Source of the DNA: Desulfatiglandaceae bacterium
Lineage (GTDB): Bacteria; Desulfobacterota; DSM-4660; Desulfatiglandales; Desulfatiglandaceae
Length of the DNA stretch: 64,000 nt
NCBI GenBank assembly: GCA_046498185.1
Contig: JAWOBE010000179.1
Location: 48,583-112,582, forward strand
Reading direction: 5' to 3'
Under the pieces are notes generated by a model that had not been told where the DNA came from, did no database searches, and worked only from the letters and a program-made list of their open reading frames with translations. The position numbers and the translations under genes are program-made. Positions 17,693 to 27,723 of the stretch are shown here, one piece after another (position 1 is the stretch's first letter; each line of letters opens with the position of its first letter).

Positions 17693-19234
17693 ATGCCAGA
17701 GACTTTAAAACTGAACCTGGCTATCGTCGGTGGAGGCAAAACATGTCGCTACTTTTTGGAGCTCCTCCAGAAGAAAAACTATTTCCCGTATCTTTCGATC
17801 ACGATTTTTGGCGTATGTGATATTAACCCGGATGCCGAGGGCCTGCGCCTGGCCCGGGATCTCGGTATCACCACAACCAACGATTATCGCAGCATAATCA
17901 ACCTACCGAACTTGCACGGCGTCATAGAATTGACCAATGACCGCACGGTGCTTATGGACCTGATACGCCTTAGACCAAAAGGTGTCTGGGTCCTGGAACA
18001 TAACATCGGGCGTATGCTTCAAAGGCTGTTTCTCCTGGACGAGAAATTAAAAGCGAAGGATGATGAAGTCGCTCTCGAGCGCATGATTTCAGATATTCTG
18101 CTTCACCGGAGCAATGACCGCATCGTGTTGCTGGATCCCGATTTTCGAATTCTCGACGCCAATGATGGCTACCTTAAAGCGGTGTCTAAAAGTCGGGAAG
18201 AGGCTTTAGGAAAACCCTGCTACAATATTGTCTACGGATTCAATCTCCCCTGCCCCGAACTGCGACCAAGCATGAAATGCCCCATGCTGGAAACTCTGAG
18301 AACCGGCGACAGCACAAAAGTGATTCATGAAATCGTCGACGAGACAGGAGAACGGAACTATTGGAGCCTGGAAACCCATCCGGTGAAAGACCGGTCCGGC
18401 GAGGTGGTGAGGGTGATCGAAATCCGCAGGGACATCCCGGAAGAACTCCCCTCTCTATGGGAAAAACGCCTGCAGGAAGTCAAAACCGATCTGGGAAAAG
18501 TCGTTCAGGAAGACCGAATGCTTTCCCTGGGAAAACTTTCCGCCAGTTGTGCTCATGAAATCAACAACCCAATCCAGGGTCTCCTTACTTTTTCTCACCT
18601 GATAAAATCGATGCTCGATGAAGGAAAACCCACTGAAGAGGACCTGCAAAATTTCAAGGAGTTCATCGCATTGATGTGCAGTGAGCTGGAGCGTTGCGGG
18701 GATATAACATCCGGCTTGCTTTCCTTCGCCAGACAATCCCTGATGGCCGCGGCTGAAGTCGATTTGAACGAAGCACTTCGATCGGTCATAACCCTCGCAC
18801 GGCACCATATGGAACTACAGAATATCCGGCTCGAAATGAACCTATATCATGGAATGCTTACTATCAGAGGAGATATCAACCACTTGCAGCAATGCTTTTT
18901 GAACCTTGTCTTTAATGCGATAGAGGCAATGCCCGATGGGGGTAAATTAATTGTCACAACCGGTCTGGATGAAAAAAAACATCGTGCATCGATAATGATA
19001 AAAGACACTGGAACCGGAATCGACAAAGCAATAATCGACAGGATATTCGATCCCTTCTACACCACCAAATCACAGGGGAAAGGCACTGGACTGGGCCTGT
19101 CGATCGTTTACGGTATCGTCAAGGGCCATAAAGGGCTGATCAACATCGAAAGCGAAAAGGGTGAAGGCTCGGTGGTGACGGTGACATTTCCGGTGCTTTA
19201 CACCACCGGGAGTTCAGGAGACAACAATGAATGA
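17693..19234 (+). CDS. Cytoplasmic sensor histidine kinase (Rossmann-like N-domain - Cys-containing PAS - HisKA - HATPase)
   Basis: No transmembrane segments are evident. The N-terminus reads LAIVGGGKTCRYFLELL. The PAS domain contains GKPCYNIVYGFNLPCPELRPSMKCP. The H-box is SASCAHEINNP, and the ATPase G-boxes are DTGTGI and GTGLGLS. Confidence 0.85.
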   Translation: MPETLKLNLAIVGGGKTCRYFLELLQKKNYFPYLSITIFGVCDINPDAEGLRLARDLGITTTNDYRSIINLPNLHGVIELTNDRTVLMDLIRLRPKGVWVLEHNIGRMLQRLFLLDEKLKAKDDEVALERMISDILLHRSNDRIVLLDPDFRILDANDGYLKAVSKSREEALGKPCYNIVYGFNLPCPELRPSMKCPMLETLRTGDSTKVIHEIVDETGERNYWSLETHPVKDRSGEVVRVIEIRRDIPEELPSLWEKRLQEVKTDLGKVVQEDRMLSLGKLSASCAHEINNPIQGLLTFSHLIKSMLDEGKPTEEDLQNFKEFIALMCSELERCGDITSGLLSFARQSLMAAAEVDLNEALRSVITLARHHMELQNIRLEMNLYHGMLTIRGDINHLQQCFLNLVFNAIEAMPDGGKLIVTTGLDEKKHRASIMIKDTGTGIDKAIIDRIFDPFYTTKSQGKGTGLGLSIVYGIVKGHKGLINIESEKGEGSVVTVTFPVLYTTGSSGDNNE

Positions 19235-20573
19235 AAAATTCAGGCTCATGGTAGTGGACGACGAAAAAATCGTTCGGGAGTCACTTTACCACTGGTTCAA
19301 AAAGTCCGGCCACGTCGTAGAAACGGCGGCATCCGGTTTCGAGGCCCTCGAAAAACTTGAAAAAACACCCTTTGATCTGCTGTTCGTGGATATAAAGATG
19401 CCGATGATGAACGGTCTCGAACTGCTGGGAAAAGTAAAGGAAGAATACCCGGATACAATCGTCGTTATAATTACGGCCTACGGATCAATCGACAATGCTG
19501 TGCAGGCGATGAAAATGGGTGCCAGCGACTACCTGCTGAAACCTTTCAAACCGGACCAGATGTCGCTCCTGCTGGAAAAACTCGCCAATCAGAAACGCCT
19601 TGCCGAGAACTACCGTTATGTCAAAGGGGTTCTTGACGAACTCATCCGTTTCGACAATATCATTGGCCGGTCAAAACCGATGCAGCAGATATTCAATATC
19701 ATTCCCGAAGTGGCACAGTCAGATTCCGCCGTGCTCATCACCGGAGAAACCGGCACCGGAAAAGAACTGGTCGCCAAGGCCATTCATGCGAAAAGTCCTC
19801 GGGCTCACGGACCGTTTATCGCTATCAACTGCGGAGCAATGCCGGAAACATTGCTCGAAACCGAGTTGTTCGGTCACCGGAAAGGGGCTTTCACCGGTGC
19901 GAATCAAAACAGGAAAGGCTTCCTGGAAGTCGTGTCCGGCGGAACGCTCTTTCTGGATGAAATTGGCGAAATAAGCCCCAAAATGCAAGTAGACCTTCTG
20001 CGCGTGCTGGAAGAAAAGGAAGTCATCCGGGTAGGAGACAGGGAGCCGATCACCGTGGACTTCCGACTGGTTTCCTCGACATGCAGAAAACTTGATGAGG
20101 AGGTGAAAGCCGGCAATTTCCGTGAAGATTTCTTTTACCGGATAAACGTTATCACAATCCCCATCCCGCCGCTCCGTGAAAGAAAAGAGGACATCCCCCT
20201 GCTGGTCGAGCATTTCTTGAACAAATACAGCCATGAAACCACCAAAAAGGTGGACAAAACCACGGCCGAAGCCTTGGCCTTTCTAAAGAGTTATGATTGG
20301 CCGGGTAATGTCAGGGAGCTCGAGAATGCTATTGAACGTGCAGTTGTACTTTCCAAGTCCAGGACCCTCGGTGTAGATTCTTTTTCTTTTCTGCAGCCTG
20401 CTAGAACCGGATACAAAACCCGCCGCACACTTCGCGAGATGGAAAAAGATTATATAGAAGAAACCCTGGAACACCAGAACTGGAACGTGACCCGCTCCGC
20501 TGAAATCCTTGGTATCAACCGGGTCACGCTTCACAAGATGATCAAAAGGTATAACATTGAACGAACCCGGTAA
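19227..20573 (+). CDS. NtrC-family sigma-54-dependent response regulator (REC - AAA+ - HTH)
   Basis: The receiver domain shows DLLFVDIKMP. AAA+ motifs are GETGTGKEL, GAFTGA and ETELFGH. The C-terminus carries the HTH AEILGINRVTLHKMIK. It overlaps the kinase gene by 8 nt. Confidence 0.9.
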   Translation: MNEKFRLMVVDDEKIVRESLYHWFKKSGHVVETAASGFEALEKLEKTPFDLLFVDIKMPMMNGLELLGKVKEEYPDTIVVIITAYGSIDNAVQAMKMGASDYLLKPFKPDQMSLLLEKLANQKRLAENYRYVKGVLDELIRFDNIIGRSKPMQQIFNIIPEVAQSDSAVLITGETGTGKELVAKAIHAKSPRAHGPFIAINCGAMPETLLETELFGHRKGAFTGANQNRKGFLEVVSGGTLFLDEIGEISPKMQVDLLRVLEEKEVIRVGDREPITVDFRLVSSTCRKLDEEVKAGNFREDFFYRINVITIPIPPLRERKEDIPLLVEHFLNKYSHETTKKVDKTTAEALAFLKSYDWPGNVRELENAIERAVVLSKSRTLGVDSFSFLQPARTGYKTRRTLREMEKDYIEETLEHQNWNVTRSAEILGINRVTLHKMIKRYNIERTR

Positions 20574-20594
20574 TTTCCGGTAAGGCTGGTTTTT

Positions 20595-21152
20595 ATGTCG
20601 GGCATAAAGGCTCGTGTGGGGATCATGGCATTCGGCTCGCCGCCGGCGGAAGTTCTCCGGTCTATCGCGGAAGCTGTTCCGGTTCATTTCGGTATGCCGG
20701 TGGAAATCCTTCCCCCGGTCAAAACTCCATCCTATGCATTCGACCCTGCGAGAATTCAATATAACGCTGTATCGATCATCGAAAATATCGAAGCGATGAA
20801 ATTTCCTCCGGACCTAAAGATCCTTGGAGTTTTGACCGTGGATCTTTTCCTTCCGGTTTTCACTCATGTTTTCGGGGAAGCCCGGCAAGGGGGAAACTGC
20901 GCTTTGGTTTCGCTGCACCGGCTTGGTCACGACGCCGGGAGTTCCCTTACATCCCCCGCATCCATCAGTAAAAGGACCACAAAGGTGGCCCTTCATGAAC
21001 TCGGCCACCTCTTTAACATAGTCCATTGTTTCGACCGCTGCTGCCTGATGCATTTCTCAATGGATCTTGATGAGCTGGACTGTATACCGGTTGAATTCTG
21101 CCGCTACTGCAAAGCTTTTTTGGATGAGTCAATCAAGCAGTTTCGCAAATGA
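20595..21152 (+). CDS. Archaemetzincin-like zinc metallopeptidase (M54)
   Basis: Contains the HELGHLFNIVHC...CCLMH motif (HExxHxxGxxH plus a Cys cluster). Confidence 0.7.
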   Translation: MSGIKARVGIMAFGSPPAEVLRSIAEAVPVHFGMPVEILPPVKTPSYAFDPARIQYNAVSIIENIEAMKFPPDLKILGVLTVDLFLPVFTHVFGEARQGGNCALVSLHRLGHDAGSSLTSPASISKRTTKVALHELGHLFNIVHCFDRCCLMHFSMDLDELDCIPVEFCRYCKAFLDESIKQFRK

Positions 21153-21168
21153 ACAAACGTAAATTGAA

Positions 21169-21711
21169 TCATCTAACGGACTTCCGCCACTCGACGGCAA
21201 AAATTTCCGCCACCCGGTCTATTTTGTTTTCGTCGATCTTGAGAGCTCTGGCAACTTCCTGATACAGCTGCCGGCGATCTTTGTTCTCTGCGTCGGCCAG
21301 TGCTTTAACGTCACGTTTTTCCTTCAGGCCTAGTCCCTCAAGCGATGCGACTTTCACATAACCTTCCTTCCCCTCTGAGAGTGCCCCTTTATGGTAATAG
21401 GGTTTCATTTCAACGAATCTGGCCCTCATCTTTTCTTTCAGCGCCCTAATCGTCGCATTTGAAACCTCGGTCACTTCTTCAGCCCAAACCGAAGCAGGAG
21501 AAAAAGCGAAAAAAATGCCTTTCCACAAAAAGCTCCGGTCTTTTTCCGAGGGCTTATCAATTTCTTCGTTTCCGCGTATGTCATGTACGATTTCTCCCGC
21601 CATAGCCTCGACTTCTTCCGCTGGAAAATAAATATTTATCGTAACGCAGGCACCCAGAGCCAAACAAAAAAACAGCGTAACCGGGAAAAATCTTCTCCGT
21701 GTGAATTTCAT
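21169..21711 (-). CDS. Lipoprotein with a YnbE-like N-terminal segment fused to a YdbL (DUF1318) domain
   Basis: AGGAGG lies 6 nt before ATG 21711. The signal peptide and lipobox read LALGAC, followed by VTINIYFP. The C-terminus (GKEGYVKV...ADAENKDRRQLYQEVA) resembles YdbL. Confidence 0.65.
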   Translation of the reverse strand: MKFTRRRFFPVTLFFCLALGACVTINIYFPAEEVEAMAGEIVHDIRGNEEIDKPSEKDRSFLWKGIFFAFSPASVWAEEVTEVSNATIRALKEKMRARFVEMKPYYHKGALSEGKEGYVKVASLEGLGLKEKRDVKALADAENKDRRQLYQEVARALKIDENKIDRVAEIFAVEWRKSVR

Positions 21712-21733
21712 AATCTCCTCCTTTATCAAAATA

Positions 21734-24700
21734 TCAGCGATCTTCCGTAATAACCCTTTTGATCCTGTTTACCATATCTTTGAATCGAATGCGATTATCG
21801 GGATTACGGTTTACAATATTAACGCCCGAAATACCTCCGCGTTTCATAATATATTCGCTTCCGCCCTCTTTTATCGTCCCGTTTATCGTGAAATAGTCGT
21901 TGTCTAAAGAAGCCCTTACGCCGATTTTCTTGTAACCCAGCGTTTCAAAAAATGATGTTAACACACCGGCAAAACCTGAGAAAGGGCTTTCTCCTGCGCC
22001 TATTCGGGATATGTTTTCCACGGCCTTTATACTGATCCTTTGATTCTCGGGCCCCTGTTCCGTCTCAAGCAGCATATCGAAATGCTGGGGCTGACTGCCT
22101 GCAATTTCAAGGTTCCGAATGTATCCGTTCATTATCCCGTCAATCCTCCCGAAAGGAGTGTCTCCAGTCAATTTCCCGAGGTTAATGCCTGAAAAATCAA
22201 GCGAAAGTTTAAGCAGGGGAGACGCTGAGAAAATCCTTTCGGCCTTCAGGCCGGTGATCGAGACTTTTCCCTCGAAGATTTCCCCTCTGAGGCTGCCGCT
22301 TGTGTTGATTTGATTGTTTTCTAAAACCACCGGATCGAGCAGCCCTTCAAGCTTTGAATTTCTTTCCCGGGGCCATATTCCGGACAAAAACGGTGATAAA
22401 TCCTCGAATAAAATCCTGGCTGAGGTTTCCACCTTCAATCCTTCCCGCAGGATATCTGCTGATAAGGCCTTGCCGAACTCGATTCTACCGACAGGAATCC
22501 TAATCACCGTAGGAACCGGAATCCCGATGCGGTTCGGAACGGCTTCGATCTTAAAATCCAGACCTTGCACTGGAAAAAACGGTGCTCTAAGTTCTGCGAT
22601 CGAAAGCCGCCCGGAAGCCGGTTCAAAATCAGCATGGACCCGGTTTTCCCGTGCACCTGACTCAATCCATACAGGCAGATCGATGTTTATATCATTTCCA
22701 GATATTTCCTTTTCAGCTGCGGAAAAACGGCCTTCTCTCAGTTTAACTCCACCCATGATGGACAGTACCGTAGGAGAGTATGACAGTTCCATGTCCGCGG
22801 AAATCTTTCCTTCGGGCTGCAGTTTATCAAGTAGCGGTACCCGTCTTCCGAGCGGTTCCCTGACCAGGAGATTATAAAGTGGAGACAGGGAAGCCCGGGG
22901 GAAATGAATGGCCAGCCGGGTTGAGGCGACAGAGCCGACATTCGCGGTTCCTTCCAACACTATATCGAATAATTTTTCAAATCCCATGCTATACCGCCCC
23001 ACCCGGACCTGCCCCTTGTCTAACACAAAATCCACAAGTCCGCTTGACCTAAACGGGTTCAGCCCGAGGTCCAGGTAATACAAGTCCAGCAAGAGCTCAC
23101 CTTCCGTTGCACGGGTGGACAATTCCCCGGAGATTGATATCGTATCCAAATCCACCCTGCCATCAAAATCGAAACTTACGGACAGCCCTTCGCCGATAAA
23201 GCGGCCGCTGGGATCCTGGAAAAAAAGACCTTCGAGCTTTATCCCCGAATTCAGCGCTATCGTACCCTCAGAATTCAGGGATGCTTCGAGCTCGATCATA
23301 TTCCTTCCGGATACCTCCCAATCCACCGGCACCAGCCCGAGTTTCACGGCAAGCGGAACCAACCCGGCGCCCTCCCCTGCGACTGAGATGTAGAACATTT
23401 CAGGGTTTATCCGCCCGCTCGCTGAAAAATTCCCCGCCGGCGGAAAGGAAATCAAAACTTTGGAAAAATCAACTGAAAGGCTATCCAGGTCCACCTCGAA
23501 GCCGGATCCGGTCGCACGAATATTCTCGAAAGTAATACCTTTGCCGGGTGTAGCTAAAACCGTACGCGGGGCCCGAGCCGAAAACCGTTCGACTTCATAT
23601 TTCGGGTGCTTTCCTGAAAAATGCATTTCAGTATCGGCGAGGTCAACGACCGCGGCATCGCTTGAAAAAGTTCCTTTTGAAAGCACCAATCCGGCACTGG
23701 AAATGGCTGGAAATCCGCTGGAGTCAATCGAAAATTTCGCCGTTCCGGAAACGACACCGGCAAAATCAGAGCTATCCGTTTCCCAGGAAAAAGCTGTTCC
23801 TTCTACAATAGCTTCCGCATCCCCTTCCAGGTTCCATTTTTCATCGACCATTATACCTTCGGCTCGTCCTGCTAAATTTAGAGAGCCGTTCACCTTCATC
23901 CCAGGCAACCCTTTGGAGATAAAAAGAGGAAGGTTTGAAAGCTGGAGCAAACATCTTTCAGCGTTTACCTTGAATTCCGGCCGGGGCTCGATCCGACCTT
24001 CAAGGCTGCCGTCGAATTCCAGGACCTTTCCGGCTGTAATCACTGCATTTGAGGCTGTAATCGATTTTTCGACAAAATCAGCATCGAGATCAAATCGACC
24101 GCAGATTCCGGCGAATTTCTCTTCCCTGATTGCCAGCTCGGCGTCTTTTATCTCAAGGTCCGCAGAAACCCTTATGGAGGGGAATGAAATACCTGGCTGC
24201 AGAGCAAGCCGAAGATCAGGAACAAAAAACGCTCCGTCGATATCTTGCATCCGCACGTCGGCCTCACCTTCGATTCTTATCCGGCCCTCCGGGTCGCGAT
24301 GGGCCGAAAGCCGAGCCATAGCCAGATCCAAACCCTCGAACCGCGCATCTACATCGCCCTTATCAATCGAAATTTCACGGATAAAAACATCCTTGAAAAA
24401 AATAAAGCCGGCCAGTCGCCCAAGGGTTTTTCGAAAAGCGCCATCCCTTTCAGATTGCTTCCAGGAACCTTTGAAATCCATTTCCCGGATTCTAACCGAC
24501 AAACCTCCGGCCCTGACATAATCGACAACCAGGATCCGGTGGCCGAATCGTCCGTCAAGATGCATCCTGCAGGCCAGCTCGGAAATTTGAACCTTAAAGG
24601 CATCCGGGTTTGAAGGAGATGAAATGTTGACGGCCCATGCATCTATGCACAAAGGATGAATCGACCACTCCAGGCGCTCTGCCTGGACTTCAAGTCCGAC

Positions 24701-24850
24701 CGCATCGGAGAGATATCTTCCGGCATGCACGGCAACTATTTCCGGATGCATGTAAAGATAAACGGCGGCAGAGGCCAGCAACCCCGCCATGATCAGAAGG
24801 AAGAGCGAAGAAAAAATGATTATTTTCCTTCCTGCTCTCATAAAACACAC
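21734..24850 (-). CDS. YdbH-like large envelope protein (AsmA-like family)
   Basis: 1038 aa with an N-terminal transmembrane helix and a repetitive beta-rich sequence. It lies immediately upstream of the ynbE/ydbL-like gene, as in the E. coli ydbH-ynbE-ydbL operon. Confidence 0.6.
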   Translation of the reverse strand: MCFMRAGRKIIIFSSLFLLIMAGLLASAAVYLYMHPEIVAVHAGRYLSDAVGLEVQAERLEWSIHPLCIDAWAVNISSPSNPDAFKVQISELACRMHLDGRFGHRILVVDYVRAGGLSVRIREMDFKGSWKQSERDGAFRKTLGRLAGFIFFKDVFIREISIDKGDVDARFEGLDLAMARLSAHRDPEGRIRIEGEADVRMQDIDGAFFVPDLRLALQPGISFPSIRVSADLEIKDAELAIREEKFAGICGRFDLDADFVEKSITASNAVITAGKVLEFDGSLEGRIEPRPEFKVNAERCLLQLSNLPLFISKGLPGMKVNGSLNLAGRAEGIMVDEKWNLEGDAEAIVEGTAFSWETDSSDFAGVVSGTAKFSIDSSGFPAISSAGLVLSKGTFSSDAAVVDLADTEMHFSGKHPKYEVERFSARAPRTVLATPGKGITFENIRATGSGFEVDLDSLSVDFSKVLISFPPAGNFSASGRINPEMFYISVAGEGAGLVPLAVKLGLVPVDWEVSGRNMIELEASLNSEGTIALNSGIKLEGLFFQDPSGRFIGEGLSVSFDFDGRVDLDTISISGELSTRATEGELLLDLYYLDLGLNPFRSSGLVDFVLDKGQVRVGRYSMGFEKLFDIVLEGTANVGSVASTRLAIHFPRASLSPLYNLLVREPLGRRVPLLDKLQPEGKISADMELSYSPTVLSIMGGVKLREGRFSAAEKEISGNDINIDLPVWIESGARENRVHADFEPASGRLSIAELRAPFFPVQGLDFKIEAVPNRIGIPVPTVIRIPVGRIEFGKALSADILREGLKVETSARILFEDLSPFLSGIWPRERNSKLEGLLDPVVLENNQINTSGSLRGEIFEGKVSITGLKAERIFSASPLLKLSLDFSGINLGKLTGDTPFGRIDGIMNGYIRNLEIAGSQPQHFDMLLETEQGPENQRISIKAVENISRIGAGESPFSGFAGVLTSFFETLGYKKIGVRASLDNDYFTINGTIKEGGSEYIMKRGGISGVNIVNRNPDNRIRFKDMVNRIKRVITEDR

Positions 24851-24864
24851 TTGAACCGGGTTTG

Positions 24865-25596
24865 TTACAAAATCTGGCTCAGGAAAAGTTTCGTACGCGC
24901 CTGGCTGGGGTTGCTGTAAATCTGCTCTGGAGTCCCTTCTTCAATGATCGATCCTTCATCCATGAAAATCATTTTGTCCGCAACTTCACGAGCGAAGCCC
25001 ATCTCGTGGGAAACAACAACCATCGTCATACCTTCCCTGGCAAGTGTCTTCATCACGTCCAGCACTTCCCCGATCATTTCCGGGTCCAGTGCCGAAGTCG
25101 GCTCATCGAAAAGCATAACTTTAGGGTCCATGGCGAGCGCCCGTGCTATCGCGACGCGCTGCTGCTGACCCCCTGAAAGCTGCTCGGGGTAAACCCGGGC
25201 CTTATCAAAGATTCCCACCTTTTTGAGAAGACCCATCGCCTTTTTTTCGGATTCGTCCCTGGATCTTTTTCGAACAACCCGCTGGGCCAGCGTCACGTTT
25301 TCAAAAACCGTCTTGTGAGGAAAAAGGTTGAAAGACTGAAAAACCATCCCCATCTCAGCCCTCGCCTTGTTGATATCGGTTTTACGGTCCAGGATGTCAA
25401 GCCCATCGACGAAAATATTCCCTTCATCAGCTTCTTCGAGCCGGTTGAGACACCGCAGGAATGTACTTTTACCGGAGCCCGAGGGGCCTATTATCACTAC
25501 CACTTCTCCTCTTTCAATCCGGCAGCTTACGTTTTTAAGCGCGTTCACTTCATGGCTCACATAGAACGTCTTGGAAATGTTTTTTACATCGATCAT
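24865..25596 (-). CDS. Polar amino-acid ABC transporter, ATP-binding protein
   Basis: Motifs are [24 protein letters not shown] and [11 protein letters not shown] set the start at MIDVKNISK (ATG 25596), which forms an ATGA overlap with the permease stop. Confidence 0.9.
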   Translation of the reverse strand: MIDVKNISKTFYVSHEVNALKNVSCRIERGEVVVIIGPSGSGKSTFLRCLNRLEEADEGNIFVDGLDILDRKTDINKARAEMGMVFQSFNLFPHKTVFENVTLAQRVVRKRSRDESEKKAMGLLKKVGIFDKARVYPEQLSGGQQQRVAIARALAMDPKVMLFDEPTSALDPEMIGEVLDVMKTLAREGMTMVVVSHEMGFAREVADKMIFMDEGSIIEEGTPEQIYSNPSQARTKLFLSQIL

Positions 25597-26606
25597 GACA
25601 TCACCGCCCTTTTCTCCAGATACTGTACGAACATTGAAAGCGTGAATGTCAGAATCAGGTATAAAAAAGCGCACATCAACCACAACTCGAAAGGCTGCAG
25701 AGAAGTCGTCACCACTTCACGCGTGGCTTTGGTCAGCTCCCGGATCGCGATCAGGCCAAGCAGCGAAGAATCCTTGATCAGGCTTATGAACTGGCCGGCC
25801 AGGGGCGGCAGAATCCTTCGTAAAGCCTGCGGCAGAATGATGTGCCTCATGGACTGGAAATAGTTCATCCCGAGTGAACGAGCGGCCTCCGTCTGGCCCT
25901 TGTGTATGGACTGGATTCCGGCTCGTACGATCTCCGCCACATAGGCCCCGGTGAAAAACGCCAGGGATGTCACACCATACCAAATCGGAGGGAGTGGATC
26001 GATTCCGCCCTGGGCAAGCAGCGTGTTGATCAGGGTTCCAAGAACAAAATACCAGATGAAAATCTGCACCAGAAGAGGTGAACCACGGATTAGCTCAATG
26101 TAACTGATCGCACCCCATTTAAGCGCGGGATTGGACGATATGCGGCAGATTCCCGCTACCAGACCAATGAATATGCCTATAAAAATGGCGATAACGCTTA
26201 CCTTCAACGTCATCCAAAGCCCGATCAGAAGTATCCCCGGACGCCATTGCTTATAAGAGCCGAGGACGTCACCTGGATAGATAAGATCTCCTTCGCTGAC
26301 AAGCACGGTTTCGCCCGGAATCCTGTAACGCTCCTTTTCTCCAACACCGGCTACCTCAACGACCGCACCATCGCCTTCCGGCGTGACACCGCTCACCTCT
26401 CCCTCGATATAAGCTGAAATTTCAACGTCTTCCTGGTAGTAAAAATACTGCGGCACCCTGTACCAGCGCCATACATAATCCACTTTGAGCGTCGCGAAGT
26501 AAAGCCCGGAAATTGTCGCAAGCAGAGACAGAAAAAAAATCGACATCCAGATATGATTGTAAAATCGGCCTTTGCCCAGGCGTGACCTCCGATTGGATTT
26601 TGCCAT
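25593..26606 (-). CDS. Amino-acid ABC transporter permease (with an about 120-aa N-terminal extension)
   Basis: Has the HisM/GlnP-type core ([14 protein letters not shown]...AARSLGM...[13 protein letters not shown]). Confidence 0.85.
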   Translation of the reverse strand: MAKSNRRSRLGKGRFYNHIWMSIFFLSLLATISGLYFATLKVDYVWRWYRVPQYFYYQEDVEISAYIEGEVSGVTPEGDGAVVEVAGVGEKERYRIPGETVLVSEGDLIYPGDVLGSYKQWRPGILLIGLWMTLKVSVIAIFIGIFIGLVAGICRISSNPALKWGAISYIELIRGSPLLVQIFIWYFVLGTLINTLLAQGGIDPLPPIWYGVTSLAFFTGAYVAEIVRAGIQSIHKGQTEAARSLGMNYFQSMRHIILPQALRRILPPLAGQFISLIKDSSLLGLIAIRELTKATREVVTTSLQPFELWLMCAFLYLILTFTLSMFVQYLEKRAVMS

Positions 26607-26662
26607 GATGATTCCCTGAAATGTCTGTTTGCCGTTTACACAACGGAATTAGGATTGAATTC

Positions 26663-26687
26663 CCCTGCGGGGAGACGCCCCGCAGGG
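26663..26687 (-). other. Perfect 10-bp GC-rich intercistronic hairpin between the binding-protein and permease genes
   Basis: CCCTGCGGGG-AGACG-CCCCGCAGGG, read directly from the sequence. No U-tract. Confidence 0.5.
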
Positions 26688-26696
26688 TCAAGGCTG

Positions 26697-27521
26697 TTAC
26701 TGAACATCCTTTATCCAGTCTGTGGATCTGATCCATTTATTGTATATTCTACCGTATCGGCCATCATTTCTGATCTGCTTCAGAAAATTGTTCAACCAGT
26801 TCAAGAAATCAGGATCGCCCTTGTTTACGGCCCAGGCAAGCGGTTCGTAAGTAAAAGGTTCATCGAGAAAGATGAGTTTCTCGCCCCCCTGCTGAGCCAT
26901 GAAAACCACATTGTAAGGAAGATCGTACACGAAAGCCGCAGCCCGTCCGTTCACCACTTCGAGGGCGGCCTCGGTTTCGGTTTCAAAGGATTTGTAGGTG
27001 GCCTTCGGAATCATCCGCTTGACCGCCTGTTCGCCGGTTGTGCCCAGCTTGGACGTCACGATATATTTGGGATCGTTGAGATCTTTATAGGATTTCACAT
27101 CATCCCCGTACTTTTTGTCCAACAAAATGGTCTGCCCGATGATTATGTAGGGGTCCGCAAAATTGATTTTCAGGTTACGTTCCTGGGTGACCGTCATTCC
27201 GCTCATTATAATATCGAATTTATTGGTCATCAGCGCGGGGATGATACCGTCCCAGGCGGTGTTGACCGGCGTGAATTTCACTTTCATCGCCTTGGCCATT
27301 TCCTTGGCCACATCAATGTCGAAACCCACGAAGTTGCCTTTCGAGTCGGTCATCTCGAAAGGCATATAGCCGGCCTCGAAACCCACTCTGAGCTCTCCGT
27401 TTTTCAGTATCTGCTCAATCGTCGATTTCTTCGCCAGTTCAATATCCGCACCAAGCGCGGCGCCCGAAACGATGAAAACAGCAAGACCCGCCAACAATAA
27501 AACTCTGGTTAAACGATTCAT
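26697..27521 (-). CDS. Amino-acid ABC transporter substrate-binding protein (family 3)
   Basis: A signal peptide starts at MNRLTRVLLLAGLAVFIVSGAALG. GGAGGAGG lies upstream of ATG 27521. The fold is PBPb-like. Confidence 0.85.
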   Translation of the reverse strand: MNRLTRVLLLAGLAVFIVSGAALGADIELAKKSTIEQILKNGELRVGFEAGYMPFEMTDSKGNFVGFDIDVAKEMAKAMKVKFTPVNTAWDGIIPALMTNKFDIIMSGMTVTQERNLKINFADPYIIIGQTILLDKKYGDDVKSYKDLNDPKYIVTSKLGTTGEQAVKRMIPKATYKSFETETEAALEVVNGRAAAFVYDLPYNVVFMAQQGGEKLIFLDEPFTYEPLAWAVNKGDPDFLNWLNNFLKQIRNDGRYGRIYNKWIRSTDWIKDVQ

Positions 27522-27570
27522 AATTCCCTCCTCCTGTTGGTTAATGTTTTTTGACCAGCCGGCTGAAAAT

Positions 27571-27723
27571 TTAAAAGGATTTCCCTTCATCCAGCAATTC
27601 TTTGATGACCATTCTCGTTCCGCAGGACGGGCACCTGGGAATTTCTTCTTTCGGGATATAAATGATAAGTGTCTGCTTACACTTGGGGCACTGAACTTCC
27701 ACCGCCTCGGATTTTTCTCTCAT
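27571..27723 (-). CDS. Candidate 50-aa zinc-ribbon protein (below the ORF-track size cutoff)
   Basis: My translation is MREKSEAVEVQCPKCKQTLIIYIPKEEIPRCPSCGTRMVIKELLDEGKSF, with CxxC-N16-CxxC. The RBS is weak (GAGAG). Confidence 0.4.
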   Translation of the reverse strand: MREKSEAVEVQCPKCKQTLIIYIPKEEIPRCPSCGTRMVIKELLDEGKSF

